Shown: in pieces, positions 10,726-20,576 of the stretch
Position numbering within the stretch: position 1 is the first letter of the stretch
Layout of the letters: each line of letters opens with the position of its first letter
DNA from: a virus
Lineage: Duplodnaviria > Caudoviricetes
Length of the DNA stretch: 64,000 nt
Direction: 5' to 3' (one strand)
Virus record (IMG/VR): IMGVR_UViG_3300037424_000564
Location: 32,001-96,000 of that record
Translations under genes and position numbers: made by a program
Notes under the pieces: model-generated
What the model saw: the letters and a program-made list of their open reading frames with translations, nothing else
The model's database searches: none
What the model was told of the DNA's origin: nothing

Positions 10726-11820
10726 TTAAACCTCAAAATACGGGCATGATCTACCATTATCCATGATACGTTTACGTTCAACACATGTTAATTTATTATG
10801 CCATACCTGTTCCTGAAAGTCAATTACTTCCAACATATCAATTCCGGTAGTAACATCTTCAGCAAAAGAGCAAGGAAAGAAGCGACAATCAACACTAGTA
10901 TACATACTAAAAGCAGTTGATTCACATGGTTCGATAAACTGGTCGTATTTTTCAAAAATACCCATCTTTTTAAATACTTGGGATACTTTGTTTGCTGAAC
11001 ATGAATCAAATCCAATAGGAACTTTACCATGCATCGCATATTTGATTAGAAATTCAAAATTAGAATCATCAAGCACATGATAGCTTTCACCACGACCTTT
11101 TTGTTTCAACCCAAGAAACACAATGGCATTCAGTTGTTCTAGACGAGGATCATTTAGATACGAAGTAACTACAGAAAGACAATTATTAAAGGTTTCTTTT
11201 GAAACCATTTGATGGATATTAACATACTTCATACCAGCATCAGTAAGACGCTTTACCGCATCATAACAAACGTTAGCGTCATCGTAACAAGAAACAGAGA
11301 TAGCACCACAAAAACTAACTAGCTTTTCAACTAGACGATCAGTTAGACGATCCCCATTGATTGTAATATTTGGAATAACACCATTGTCACGGCAATACTG
11401 CATCATAAGCCATAGATCAGGATTGGAATCAATATCTCCAATTCCAAATGCAACTTGAGTTAGAAAAGGAATACCATCATATTTTGGGAGTTTGTCAAAC
11501 ATTTTAATGAAATCAAAATATGAAGTATTGCGACCTTTATTACCAACATTACCTTTATAGCAGAAAGGACAAGGAATATTATTAACACCATGACATTTCT
11601 CTGAAACTTCAGCATCCCAGATTTCAGGACCAAAAGGAGAATATGTAGGATCTTCTTCTACAGTTTTCCCCCATCGTTCAAAGTATCCTGTTTTGACATT
11701 GAAGTTGTAATTATATTCTGGTGAACGAAATTGTTTAACATCACCAACCATGACAAGAGACACATTTTCCAGATTCATTTTTTTCTCCATTTTATTGAAA
11801 ATTATTTTGTTGGCTTCCAT
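10726..11820 (-). CDS. Radical SAM protein with CX7CX2C motif and C-terminal Twitch/SPASM-like Cys cluster
   Basis: SEKCHGVNNIPCPFCY, QVAFGIG, NITING; C-terminal PCES...FFPCSF...CPYF; probable start MNLENV near 11778. Confidence 0.85.
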   Translation of the reverse strand: MEANKIIFNKMEKKMNLENVSLVMVGDVKQFRSPEYNYNFNVKTGYFERWGKTVEEDPTYSPFGPEIWDAEVSEKCHGVNNIPCPFCYKGNVGNKGRNTSYFDFIKMFDKLPKYDGIPFLTQVAFGIGDIDSNPDLWLMMQYCRDNGVIPNITINGDRLTDRLVEKLVSFCGAISVSCYDDANVCYDAVKRLTDAGMKYVNIHQMVSKETFNNCLSVVTSYLNDPRLEQLNAIVFLGLKQKGRGESYHVLDDSNFEFLIKYAMHGKVPIGFDSCSANKVSQVFKKMGIFEKYDQFIEPCESTAFSMYTSVDCRFFPCSFAEDVTTGIDMLEVIDFQEQVWHNKLTCVERKRIMDNGRSCPYFEV

Positions 11821-12146
11821 AGTTTGAAAAATTTGAATGGCTTCACATCTTCTGTTGGAAACACACCAATAGCAACCTCTCTACCACCAAGAGCAGATTC
11901 TGTGAATACCTTATGTTTATACTCTGATTTTTTAATATTGTCAAATTCTTTTTGATTTACTGTACAAACAACTTTCTTAAATGAAAATTTCTTCCATACA
12001 ACCATATCAATATCATATTCAAATACAAGATAAGTACCTAATGCAGTATGGGCAGCGATAACAGGAACAAAATTATCAGGAACATCGTCTTTTATAAGAA
12101 TATACATTTTTAGGTTAGAATCATTTTTATAAGTTTCCATTTTCAA
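11802..12146 (-). CDS. Peptidyl-tRNA hydrolase, PTH2 family
   Basis: KMYILIKDD..., IAAHTA, FKKVVC, VAIGVFP pattern. Confidence 0.75.
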   Translation of the reverse strand: MKMETYKNDSNLKMYILIKDDVPDNFVPVIAAHTALGTYLVFEYDIDMVVWKKFSFKKVVCTVNQKEFDNIKKSEYKHKVFTESALGGREVAIGVFPTEDVKPFKFFKLWKPTK

Positions 12147-12979
12147 TTAAGTCTCCCCTTATGTTATTTGTATTCCTTTGGATTTTTTTTGTTCATGTAA
12201 GCGAACATTAGCAATAAATTCATCGTGTCTTTTTTGTTCTTTTTCTTTATATGTGATAACTTTTTCAATAGTATTAAATCGTTCTGATACGCTATCAAAA
12301 TCTTGTTCTTTAAATAAATATATGGACCAACTTGCTACACTGGAATTAATAACTCCAATATGAAACCAATATCGCACTTTATGATATATCGGAAAAAGTC
12401 TATAGTATGCATATTCTACACAATAATACTGATCCCCACCATAATATCTAATTCTACTTTTAAATTTATACTTAGGAATCATTATTAGCTCCATTAATAT
12501 TGATTGATGGACTTTTCACTTTTGCCATAGCTTGTCCGACTGTGATATTTTTACCAGTATGAGTTATAGAAACTCCACCAACAATTGAATATCCCATATT
12601 CATATATGCGGTGACTGTTTGTGTAAATTCATCCCAATCTTCATCTGTATTTTCTATATTAATTCTTCGAACGACAATATACTCATTTTTTTGCTTTTCT
12701 ACAACTTGAACATCTAGAACAGCAATTTGATGATTACAATTATTTTGCTTTTCGTTCACAAACTTACAAACTTGACTGTCAGTATATCCATAACAACCAT
12801 CACATAAGTTGCCCAGATTGGGAATTAGTTTAAAATTTTTATCATTGTATTTAAAAGTTTTACCACTCATAAATATGTTCTCCTTTTTAGTTTAGGTATG
12901 ATAACAAAAAACTCCTTCAAAGTGACTGTTAAGTACACTCTAAAGGAGTTTGAATTGTTTGTCAATTTTTATTTAAGAA

Positions 12980-14536
12980 TTAATCGATATAATCAAGGAA
13001 ACGTTTATATGATTCTTTCACAGGAGGTTCATCACCAGTTAATTTATCAGTATCAACTGGTTCAGTGCATTTTGACACACCTTTGACACCACATTTTGCT
13101 TTACAGTGATGACATTTTCCTCCTGCTGCTTTTCCTTCACTTTCACCAGCACAGCACATTTTATTTTCCATTTTACTAATCAAATGTTTAGCATCTTCAT
13201 CAGTAAACACATGAGTAAATGGAGGATTTATATGATCAAACTCTTCTTCTATATTAGGAATTACATTTGCTTTTGTTTCAGTGCGGGTTCCATCTGTAGA
13301 AGTTGTTACTTGTTTCCAAATATCTCCTTCACGAACTAAAGTAGTAACTACATTATGATGTGTTTCAGGATTGAATGCTTCTTCTATTTCTGCTTCTTCT
13401 TGATCTTTACCTTTACCTACATTAACTTCTAGAACTTTTATAGTTCCTTTTTTAAGAGCAGAACTAGCAGCGTCTCTTAATTTATTATATCTTTTAGCAT
13501 AATCATTTAGTGCATCAGTAACAGCACTAATACTAGGATATTTAACATCACCGTCTAACCAATGCATGAGTTTAGCAGGGAAGTTTGCTTGCATGATTAT
13601 TGTCTTAGGTGAAAAAGGTTCTTTCGGTTTCGATGGAGTAAATCTAACTCCATTACCGGGAATATCATGAGCAGATGTTATAACTCCAATATGTGCATCA
13701 TCCCCTTTAGATTCAAGAATTTTTGTTAAATCAAATGGGGTATGTGTTACTGTTCTTCCAATAACTTTATCGGAATGTTTCTTAATATTTTTAGCATCTT
13801 CTTTAGATAATTTTGATTTCAAATGTTCTTTGTCAGCATCAGATAACTCTTTATGATCATGATTACCATGTCTCAAAGCTTTAACTGCTTCATGAGAAAG
13901 TCCAAATACTTGAGCATTCATAGAAACATCAACACCCTTTAATGCAGGATGATGAATATGGTCTTTAAGAAATGAGATTTCTTTAGTAATAGCTTTTACA
14001 TGCCAACCATGTTGTTTTGCATCATCTAAGAAAGCAGTAACATTATGTCTAAAGTAGTCTTTATCTGTTACGTTATATTCTTTCATCAATTCAGCATAGA
14101 AAGGATCTGATGAATCAGGATAATCGGCTGCACTAAACATGCGAATTCCGCCATTTGCATTGATTTGTTTTTTAGTGTCTTCTAGAATTTTTTTATTTTC
14201 AGGATTCTTATTTCCCCATTCTTCCCATTTATTAATATCCCCTTTATATTCTTTGATAGGTAAATCTTTTACTGCATTACATGCAATTTCTTTTGCTCTA
14301 TCTACATAACAACCGGGACAACCACGATTGCATCTATTGGTCAAGTCAAAAGAGTAAAACATATTTTTACCATTATGAGTTAATGCAGTAGGAATGCCAG
14401 CATGTAGTTTACGCCCCCTTGAATACTTATCACCTTCTTTTGCTGATACTAATGCAGGTTCAAATATTTTAATGGCTCCTGTTTTATCTTTCTTCCAACC
14501 TTCGAAAATAAATTTAGTTAATGGTTTGATATCCAT
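12980..14536 (-). CDS. Radical-SAM-like Fe-S protein (CX3CX2C) with C-terminal Cys cluster
   Basis: LTNRCNRGCPGCYV, GGIRMFSAADY, terminal CC...KCHHCKAKC. Confidence 0.6.
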   Translation of the reverse strand: MDIKPLTKFIFEGWKKDKTGAIKIFEPALVSAKEGDKYSRGRKLHAGIPTALTHNGKNMFYSFDLTNRCNRGCPGCYVDRAKEIACNAVKDLPIKEYKGDINKWEEWGNKNPENKKILEDTKKQINANGGIRMFSAADYPDSSDPFYAELMKEYNVTDKDYFRHNVTAFLDDAKQHGWHVKAITKEISFLKDHIHHPALKGVDVSMNAQVFGLSHEAVKALRHGNHDHKELSDADKEHLKSKLSKEDAKNIKKHSDKVIGRTVTHTPFDLTKILESKGDDAHIGVITSAHDIPGNGVRFTPSKPKEPFSPKTIIMQANFPAKLMHWLDGDVKYPSISAVTDALNDYAKRYNKLRDAASSALKKGTIKVLEVNVGKGKDQEEAEIEEAFNPETHHNVVTTLVREGDIWKQVTTSTDGTRTETKANVIPNIEEEFDHINPPFTHVFTDEDAKHLISKMENKMCCAGESEGKAAGGKCHHCKAKCGVKGVSKCTEPVDTDKLTGDEPPVKESYKRFLDYID

Positions 14537-14898
14537 AGTGTTACTCCTAATAATTTGATGTTTTAATTATTTAGGAAAGTTTGAATTTGATGTTTTCTTT
14601 AAAATAATCATAAACTTTATTTGCAAATTTATCAGGATTTATTAAGGAAAGATCATTACCAAATTCTGTTTTACCTTGCAATAAGAAATAATTTAAATTT
14701 GTATTCTTATTGAATTCTGTTTCTATTGTTTGTGCTTTAGACCATTCCCATAGCAAACCAAATCCATCCCATGTTGAGAAGTCAGTTAATTTATCTTCAT
14801 CAATATCTTGATTGCATTTAATACAATGAATAGTTCCATAATTATTAAATCCTTCATGAACGCAATTATTCATCAATTCAATAATAAAGTTATCTCTT

Positions 14899-15465
14899 TC
14901 AGAATTTATTTGCATAATAAAATACTCTTCTACGATAATGGTTAGGATCAAATTTCAATCCATGTTTATTAACATTTCCCGGTCCTACGTTATACGCCAA
15001 TACAGCTTTTTTAATATCACCATGATAATATCCAATTAGATATTTAATATAACGTGAACCTACCATAATATTAAAATCATCATCATATCGCAATGCCTGC
15101 GCTAATTGTTTGTCAGTACCATAAAAGTTAAAGAGTTTCTTTTTAATCATAAATTTTGCAGTAGCCAATTGAACTTGCATAACACCAAAGGATCTACCAT
15201 CATCCCCAATTCGCCCAAGTTTACCTGCAAGAGTTTCTTGCATCAAAACACCTTTTACTGTTTTGGGATACCCAAACATAGCTCCATACTTACCAGCAAT
15301 AGATAACAGATAATTTTGTTGATCTGTAAATGCAAAACAAATACTCGGAATGAAACTAAGGATACAAAAAATTATAACAATTTTCTTTTTCATCGTTTTT
15401 CCTTTCAGTTGTATTTGACAAACTATATTTGATATCAATTTGTTTGTCAATATAAAAAGTCCCAA
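14899..15465 (-). CDS. Lytic transglycosylase (SLT domain)
   Basis: LMQET catalytic Glu, SFGVMQV, AVLAYNVGPG; hydrophobic N-terminal segment from MKKKIV. Confidence 0.9.
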   Translation of the reverse strand: MGLFILTNKLISNIVCQIQLKGKTMKKKIVIIFCILSFIPSICFAFTDQQNYLLSIAGKYGAMFGYPKTVKGVLMQETLAGKLGRIGDDGRSFGVMQVQLATAKFMIKKKLFNFYGTDKQLAQALRYDDDFNIMVGSRYIKYLIGYYHGDIKKAVLAYNVGPGNVNKHGLKFDPNHYRRRVFYYANKF

Positions 15466-15521
15466 AGACTTATAATAGTTACTTTGGGACTTTTTATTAA
15501 ATAAAATTTAGAGTAACAGTA

Positions 15522-17627
15522 TTATACCCAATCAGTCATAATACGATCCAAATCAAAAGGACTTAGATCCCCATCTTCTGCAATAACATAATCTGCATCA
15601 GATCTACGATAAACGATATCTGCACCTTGAGCAATAATATTTGAAACAAAAATATCATATAGAGAAGCAGATGTGTTTGCCATTTGTGTTGCTTTAGCAG
15701 CAGTAGCAACAGTAATTGGAAGAGTATTCTCTACACGAAATCCACTACCATCAATAGTAGTAGCTAGATCACACCAAATAATTTGATTATTTCTAATATC
15801 AACAATCAAAGGACTGGTTGAAGTAGCGTCAGCAGTTAAATCACAACGACCTTTGACAGATTTTGGTTCAAAGATTTCTCCTGAATTTACAGAAGAACGT
15901 TCCATCCATCCCATAAAACCAACTTCTAATTGATTCATTTTTTGACCAGTATAGCTATTAACATTACATACAACGTAAGCAACATTTGGATCAAGAGAGT
16001 TAAGATTTACATCAATAAATTCACTTGCACCAGTAGGAGCATCAACAATATCTCCAGAATGGTAGTAAGCATTATTACTACCACGTAGGTGTGTCCAAGA
16101 ACAATTACCTAAGTAATTCCAATCTGCGTCAAATGTAACAGCAGAAAGATCTAAATCAACTCTATTAGAGCCAATATTCTGCCAGTACATGAACAATCTA
16201 ACAGTAGGTGCAGTCAAATCAAAACGTGAACCTCGTCCAACTTGACGTAGTGCTGATGATGCACTACGATTACTAGAAGGAATTAACAGATTTTGACAGA
16301 TATCATCAATAAATACGTTTTTTCCCTTGATTTCAGTTTTGTCTTTATATTTTTCAATGATGGCATCAATAATAACTCTGACGATTCGATGCGTAATATC
16401 GTCTGTAAGTGGTTTTAAATTATTTTCAATGGTAATCACAGCATGAGATTTTTTAGGTAAAAAGATCCTATTTTTATAAGAACAAAGTTCATTACGACCA
16501 CGGAAATATCCATATAGTTGCCAAAGGACAGTTGTTGAAACTGAATTTGCAACTTTAGCAAATTCATTAATAACCTTATTAGGATTTGTTGCTTTATTAA
16601 TTAAAGCATTCAAACGTCTAGCGAAGTCACCGGGACGAGTTGCACATTTAGACAGAACTTCATCAATTAATCCAAGTTCAATGAAATATTCAATAATAGA
16701 ATTATAAGTCTTACAACCTTCATTACGAAGAGCATGAAAACAATCTACTGTTTGTGGGAATTGGGTTGAATATTCTCTTGGATGAAGCTTTTCAGCAACA
16801 CGAATCCATTTGTTGCGATGACGCATCAAATCTTCCCCAACATTGCTTGGATTCATTGATTCAAGTTTAGATAGAATCAATCTACGAAGTGAACGAGGGA
16901 TATTTTTATATTTGGTGTTTTTACCGAGAGATACATCACCACCAGACAGACTTGTAATGAAACGAAGAACATCAGTTGCAGTGGTTACTTGAGTATCCCA
17001 AACATTCATAATCATTTTGCGTTGATTTGATGTCGCTGTTTTACCATCACCAATAATACCAAATAGAGTTGCCATTCTTTCTTTATTGGTGAAGATTGCG
17101 TTACAAGAGAATCCAAATTCTACAAAGGTTTCAATATCAGAAACATCCTGAACTGAAGGAGAAGCTTTGGATTCGAGAATAGTTTTAAAACAATCAACAA
17201 TATCCTCCATAACACCTAAACCAATCCATTTTGCTTCGGTGATATCAGTGAAAGGAAAACGATATGATGTGTTATAATTTGGAATAAAGGAAGGATTGAG
17301 ATAATGACAAATAGCATTAATATAAAGTTCTTCCTCAGAAGCGGTAGCTACTTGTACAGGAAAATTACGATACATAGGACGATGATATACTATCCCATTT
17401 TGCTCTTTGATAATAGAAACAACAAAGTCATACAATGACTTTAACGTAGAAGAACTGGCAAGTTTCATTTCACCAATAAATTTTTCATCAAACACATAAC
17501 CTAGATCAGCAACATTCGCTATAATTGCACCAACCATACCGATAGGTGCTACATTTTCAGTAGACTCCGCACTGAAAACAATTTTAGATTTACGGCGAAA
17601 AATGATTGCATCGATTGAGTTAGTCAT
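15522..17627 (-). CDS. Large (701 aa) protein with C-terminal TerD-like domain
   Basis: VDLDLSAVTFD, HSGDIVDAP.GASEFIDV, VNSYTGQ TerD motifs; long helical N-terminal region. Confidence 0.8.
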   Translation of the reverse strand: MTNSIDAIIFRRKSKIVFSAESTENVAPIGMVGAIIANVADLGYVFDEKFIGEMKLASSSTLKSLYDFVVSIIKEQNGIVYHRPMYRNFPVQVATASEEELYINAICHYLNPSFIPNYNTSYRFPFTDITEAKWIGLGVMEDIVDCFKTILESKASPSVQDVSDIETFVEFGFSCNAIFTNKERMATLFGIIGDGKTATSNQRKMIMNVWDTQVTTATDVLRFITSLSGGDVSLGKNTKYKNIPRSLRRLILSKLESMNPSNVGEDLMRHRNKWIRVAEKLHPREYSTQFPQTVDCFHALRNEGCKTYNSIIEYFIELGLIDEVLSKCATRPGDFARRLNALINKATNPNKVINEFAKVANSVSTTVLWQLYGYFRGRNELCSYKNRIFLPKKSHAVITIENNLKPLTDDITHRIVRVIIDAIIEKYKDKTEIKGKNVFIDDICQNLLIPSSNRSASSALRQVGRGSRFDLTAPTVRLFMYWQNIGSNRVDLDLSAVTFDADWNYLGNCSWTHLRGSNNAYYHSGDIVDAPTGASEFIDVNLNSLDPNVAYVVCNVNSYTGQKMNQLEVGFMGWMERSSVNSGEIFEPKSVKGRCDLTADATSTSPLIVDIRNNQIIWCDLATTIDGSGFRVENTLPITVATAAKATQMANTSASLYDIFVSNIIAQGADIVYRRSDADYVIAEDGDLSPFDLDRIMTDWV

Positions 17628-17655
17628 TAGTTTATTCCTTAATTAGTTAGTTAGT

Positions 17656-17756
17656 ATGTGGTGATTGTCAGGCGAACCGTACAGGGTGAAACTCCAATGA
17701 TAGAATATAGAAGGATGCCCTTGGTAAAACCCCTGTAACAGTTAACATAGCCACAT
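17656..17756 (-). ncRNA. Structured leader RNA motif, copy 1
   Basis: AUGUGG/CCACAU closing stem, UACAGGG/CCCUGUA helix, conserved GGCAUCCUUCUA; begins at the predicted start of a TTGACA-17-TATATT promoter. Confidence 0.7.
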
Positions 17757-17760
17757 TCTT

Positions 17761-17789
17761 AATATAGAACAGTTTTGAAAATTTGTCAA
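17761..17789 (-). promoter_or_regulatory. Sigma70-type promoter (one of about 20 AAATTGACA-type sites in the window)
   Basis: TTGACA-N17-TATATT on the minus strand. Confidence 0.75.
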
Positions 17790-18277
17790 ATCCAAATATC
17801 TTTAAGATCGATTCCTAGAGTTCTCATTTTGAAAAACATGTATTCAGAGAAGTTAGGGTGAGTTGCTGGTTTGATCAAAGTCATATTTGTCTGATGAAGC
17901 AATTTATCATCCTTCCAATTATTGCAGGTTTTACAAGCAGTTACACAGTTAAGGTAAGAACTTTTGCCACCTTTTGAAACAGGAAGAACGTGGTCAATGG
18001 TGCAAGTTTTTGGAGTTAGAACTTTACCACAGTATTGACAAGTATGGTTATCTCTAACCAAAACAGTTTTCTTTGAGAATGGAATTTTTTTATTCAAAGA
18101 TTGTTTGACTGCTTTAAGTAAGCGAATAACCTTTGGTAGATACATACCACCATGAATCAATCTATCAGTATTTTTAACAACTTCTACTCGATTTTTCACG
18201 ACTAGTTTAATTGCTTTTTTGATAGATACAACATTCAAAAATTGGTAATCATGAGTTAGAAGAAGTACGGTTGCCAT
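17786..18277 (-). CDS. HNH endonuclease
   Basis: CQYCG, TIDHVLPVSKGGKSSYLNCVTACKTCN. Confidence 0.9.
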   Translation of the reverse strand: MATVLLLTHDYQFLNVVSIKKAIKLVVKNRVEVVKNTDRLIHGGMYLPKVIRLLKAVKQSLNKKIPFSKKTVLVRDNHTCQYCGKVLTPKTCTIDHVLPVSKGGKSSYLNCVTACKTCNNWKDDKLLHQTNMTLIKPATHPNFSEYMFFKMRTLGIDLKDIWI

Positions 18278-18298
18278 GATAGATTTTCCTTAATTAGT

Positions 18299-18366
18299 TT
18301 GCGGTGATTAATAGGCTGATTTAGTTTAATAATATTAAGTAGAAGGATGCCTTAATATAGCCGCAA
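18299..18366 (-). ncRNA. Structured leader RNA motif, copy 2
   Basis: UUGCGG/CCGCAA closing stem, AGGC/GCCU, GGCAUCCUUCUA; about 20 nt upstream of the HNH ATG. Confidence 0.7.
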
Positions 18367-18703
18367 TGTCTTCTCTATTTAACAATACTCAATGGATTTG
18401 GTTTTACTGTTCCTTTAATGACAATACCTGTAGTTGATTCGATATATGCATTTTCTAATTCTTTAGGGCAAGGCATTTTACGAATGATATGTTTAATATC
18501 AATATCGCAACCAACAGTTTCAAATGGATACATATACGGAACTAATTCAATTCCAACTCGACCTTCATGTGAAGGAGCAAAATTAACCATAAAAACATTT
18601 TCGAGGTATTCAGGATTCGTATCATATGTACGACCAATAACAATTTCTCCTGTACAAAGTTTTACAACTACAATTTCATTCATTATATTTTCCTTTGTTT
18701 GTG

Positions 18704-19258
18704 TTAATAACTTTTACTTTCTTCGTATCGTTGTCTTCTATAAAATCTACCATTACCTATATTTTTTGATCTATGGTTATCAGTTTGAGTATGACAATTA
18801 GGACACAAAATTTCTAAGTTATCTGGTTTGTTATTAGAAGAATTCCCATCTTTATGATGTATTTCGAGTGTTAAGGCAATACCATTCCATTCTGAAATAT
18901 TACACTTACAACAAGATGAATATATTTCTTTGATATATTTTCTTACCGTAGCAGGATCTAATACTTCCCCTAAGCGAAATTTATTTCTATAATATTCTTT
19001 ATTTTTTACTACCTTATTTTCTTTAATTTTTGAAATAGTCCTACAAACACCTAAGTTATTAAAAGAAGCAGCACATGAATGATTGCAATATGTTAATTTC
19101 TTTTTTTCATATGATAATGGAGTCAGGCAAAACTTGCACAATTTTGGATCTTTATTATAATCTTCGATTCGTTTTGACTTTTTTGTTGCTTGTGTTTCTC
19201 TTCCTCGTTTAGCCGCTTCTTCAATTTTATTTTTGTTTTCTTCTGATATGCTTCTCAT
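18704..19258 (-). CDS. HNH homing endonuclease
   Basis: LEIHHKDGNSSNNKPDNLEILCPNCH; TATAAATA upstream; adjacent to tRNA-Thr. Confidence 0.85.
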   Translation of the reverse strand: MRSISEENKNKIEEAAKRGRETQATKKSKRIEDYNKDPKLCKFCLTPLSYEKKKLTYCNHSCAASFNNLGVCRTISKIKENKVVKNKEYYRNKFRLGEVLDPATVRKYIKEIYSSCCKCNISEWNGIALTLEIHHKDGNSSNNKPDNLEILCPNCHTQTDNHRSKNIGNGRFYRRQRYEESKSY

Positions 19259-19320
19259 AAAAATCTCCTATAAATGTTTCTTATAGTTATTTATAAAAAG
19301 CCCATCAGTTTATTCGGACT

Positions 19321-19407
19321 TGAGCCGGAAGAGGGATTCGAACCCCCGATGTAGTTTCCATACCTGATTACAAGTCAGGTGCAATCGACCAACTATGCGA
19401 TTCCGGC
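19321..19407 (-). tRNA. tRNA-Thr(UGU) with long variable region
   Basis: GCCGGAA/UUCCGGC acceptor, CCUGA-CUUGUAA-UCAGG, ~15-nt variable region, GGUUCGAAUCC T-arm. Confidence 0.85.
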
Positions 19408-19972
19408 ATTTTAAGGATTTGAACAAATATGTTGTTCTCTCATTGATTCTGTATCTAATATATTAGACCTCGTAGAATTCCTTTTACAACAGCAACGAGT
19501 TTTATTTAAATAATTTATCCCATTCATCTACTATTTTTTGCATTTTTTCTTCCTGATAATCCCAAAAACCAATAAATTCAGCTTCTTCAAATAATCGATT
19601 ACCTTCTGTCATAAATGGTTCTTCTGCATATAAAATCTTACATGGATCGACACTACATCCTTTATTAAGGACAAGGATATCACCCTCACTAAAAAAATCT
19701 TTCCAACAATTAATAGCGCACTCAATTACTTGTGATTCTGAATCAAATCGTTCAGTTTCATCACCCTCACGATAAAAACCACGCTCTTTAAACTTGTTTA
19801 ATTTTGCAGCACTTTCTTTATCTAGAACACGATTTAATGTAATCTTTTCAAGATCATTGTTAGAAAATAGTTGCAAATATCCATAATAATGAATAGCACC
19901 GGGACAAATACCAGCATAGCTTGAAGTTTCTAAACTAACTATTTTTGATGACATTTCGATAGTCCTTTAACT

Positions 19973-20052
19973 TAGCGGGGATAGTAGGAGTTGAACCTAC
20001 ATGTGTCCAATTACACTTTCAAGTGGGTAGAAGCCACAGGTGATATATCCCC
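19973..20052 (-). tRNA. Atypical tRNA-Arg(UCU)-like RNA lacking a normally placed D-arm
   Basis: GGGGAUA/UAUCCCC acceptor, GUGG-CUUCUAC-CCAC, AAUUGGA 3' of the anticodon arm, GUAGG-UUCAACU-CCUAC T-arm. Confidence 0.6.
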
Positions 20053-20067
20053 AAATTATTAATTTTT

Positions 20068-20152
20068 TGGTAGGGAAGGAGGGGATCGAACCCTCACCCA
20101 ATTAAGGACAGGATTTTGAGTCCTGCGCGTCTGCCAGTTCCGCCACTTCCCC
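20068..20152 (-). tRNA. tRNA-Leu(CAA)
   Basis: CAGGA-CUCAAAA-UCCUG, class II variable arm, ACCA end. Confidence 0.95.
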
Positions 20153-20199
20153 ATGAAAACTGGTCTTTTTAAGGTATGACCAAACCTATCAAGGCTGTG

Positions 20200-20343
20200 T
20201 TAGCCTTGACCAACACTTAGTTTCTTGCCACGTTTTTTATCTCTTTTCTTACGAATTTTAGTATTGGTTGATTTACCAATAGAAGTAACTTTAGTTGATT
20301 TCCGTTTGACTTGCTTAGTCGCATCTGATGCTTTAACTGCCAT
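20200..20343 (-). CDS. 47-aa highly basic microprotein
   Basis: MAVKASDATKQVKRKSTKVTSIGKSTNTKIRKKRDKKRGKKLSVGQG; AAGGAG SD upstream. Confidence 0.65.
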   Translation of the reverse strand: MAVKASDATKQVKRKSTKVTSIGKSTNTKIRKKRDKKRGKKLSVGQG

Positions 20344-20383
20344 TGTATAACTCCTTTGGTTGTTTGTCAATTTAATTAAAAAT

Positions 20384-20477
20384 TGGTACTCCGTGAGGGA
20401 CTTGAACCCCCATCATGCGATAATCTGTCGCCAAGCCTGTGTATAAAACAGGTGCTTTGCCATTAAGCTAACGGAGC
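20384..20477 (-). tRNA. tRNA-Ile(UAU) with long variable arm
   Basis: CCUGU-UUUAUAC-ACAGG, ~24-nt variable region, ACCA end. Confidence 0.8.
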
Positions 20478-20485
20478 ATGATCTT

Positions 20486-20570
20486 TGGTAGGGAAGGAGG
20501 GACTCGAACCCTCAAGCAATTAAGCGACGGATTTTAAGTCCGTTGTGAATACCAATTCCACCACAACCCC
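20486..20570 (-). tRNA. tRNA-Leu(UAA)
   Basis: ACGGA-CUUAAAA-UCCGU, variable arm, ACCA end. Confidence 0.95.
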
Positions 20571-20576
20571 ATGTTA

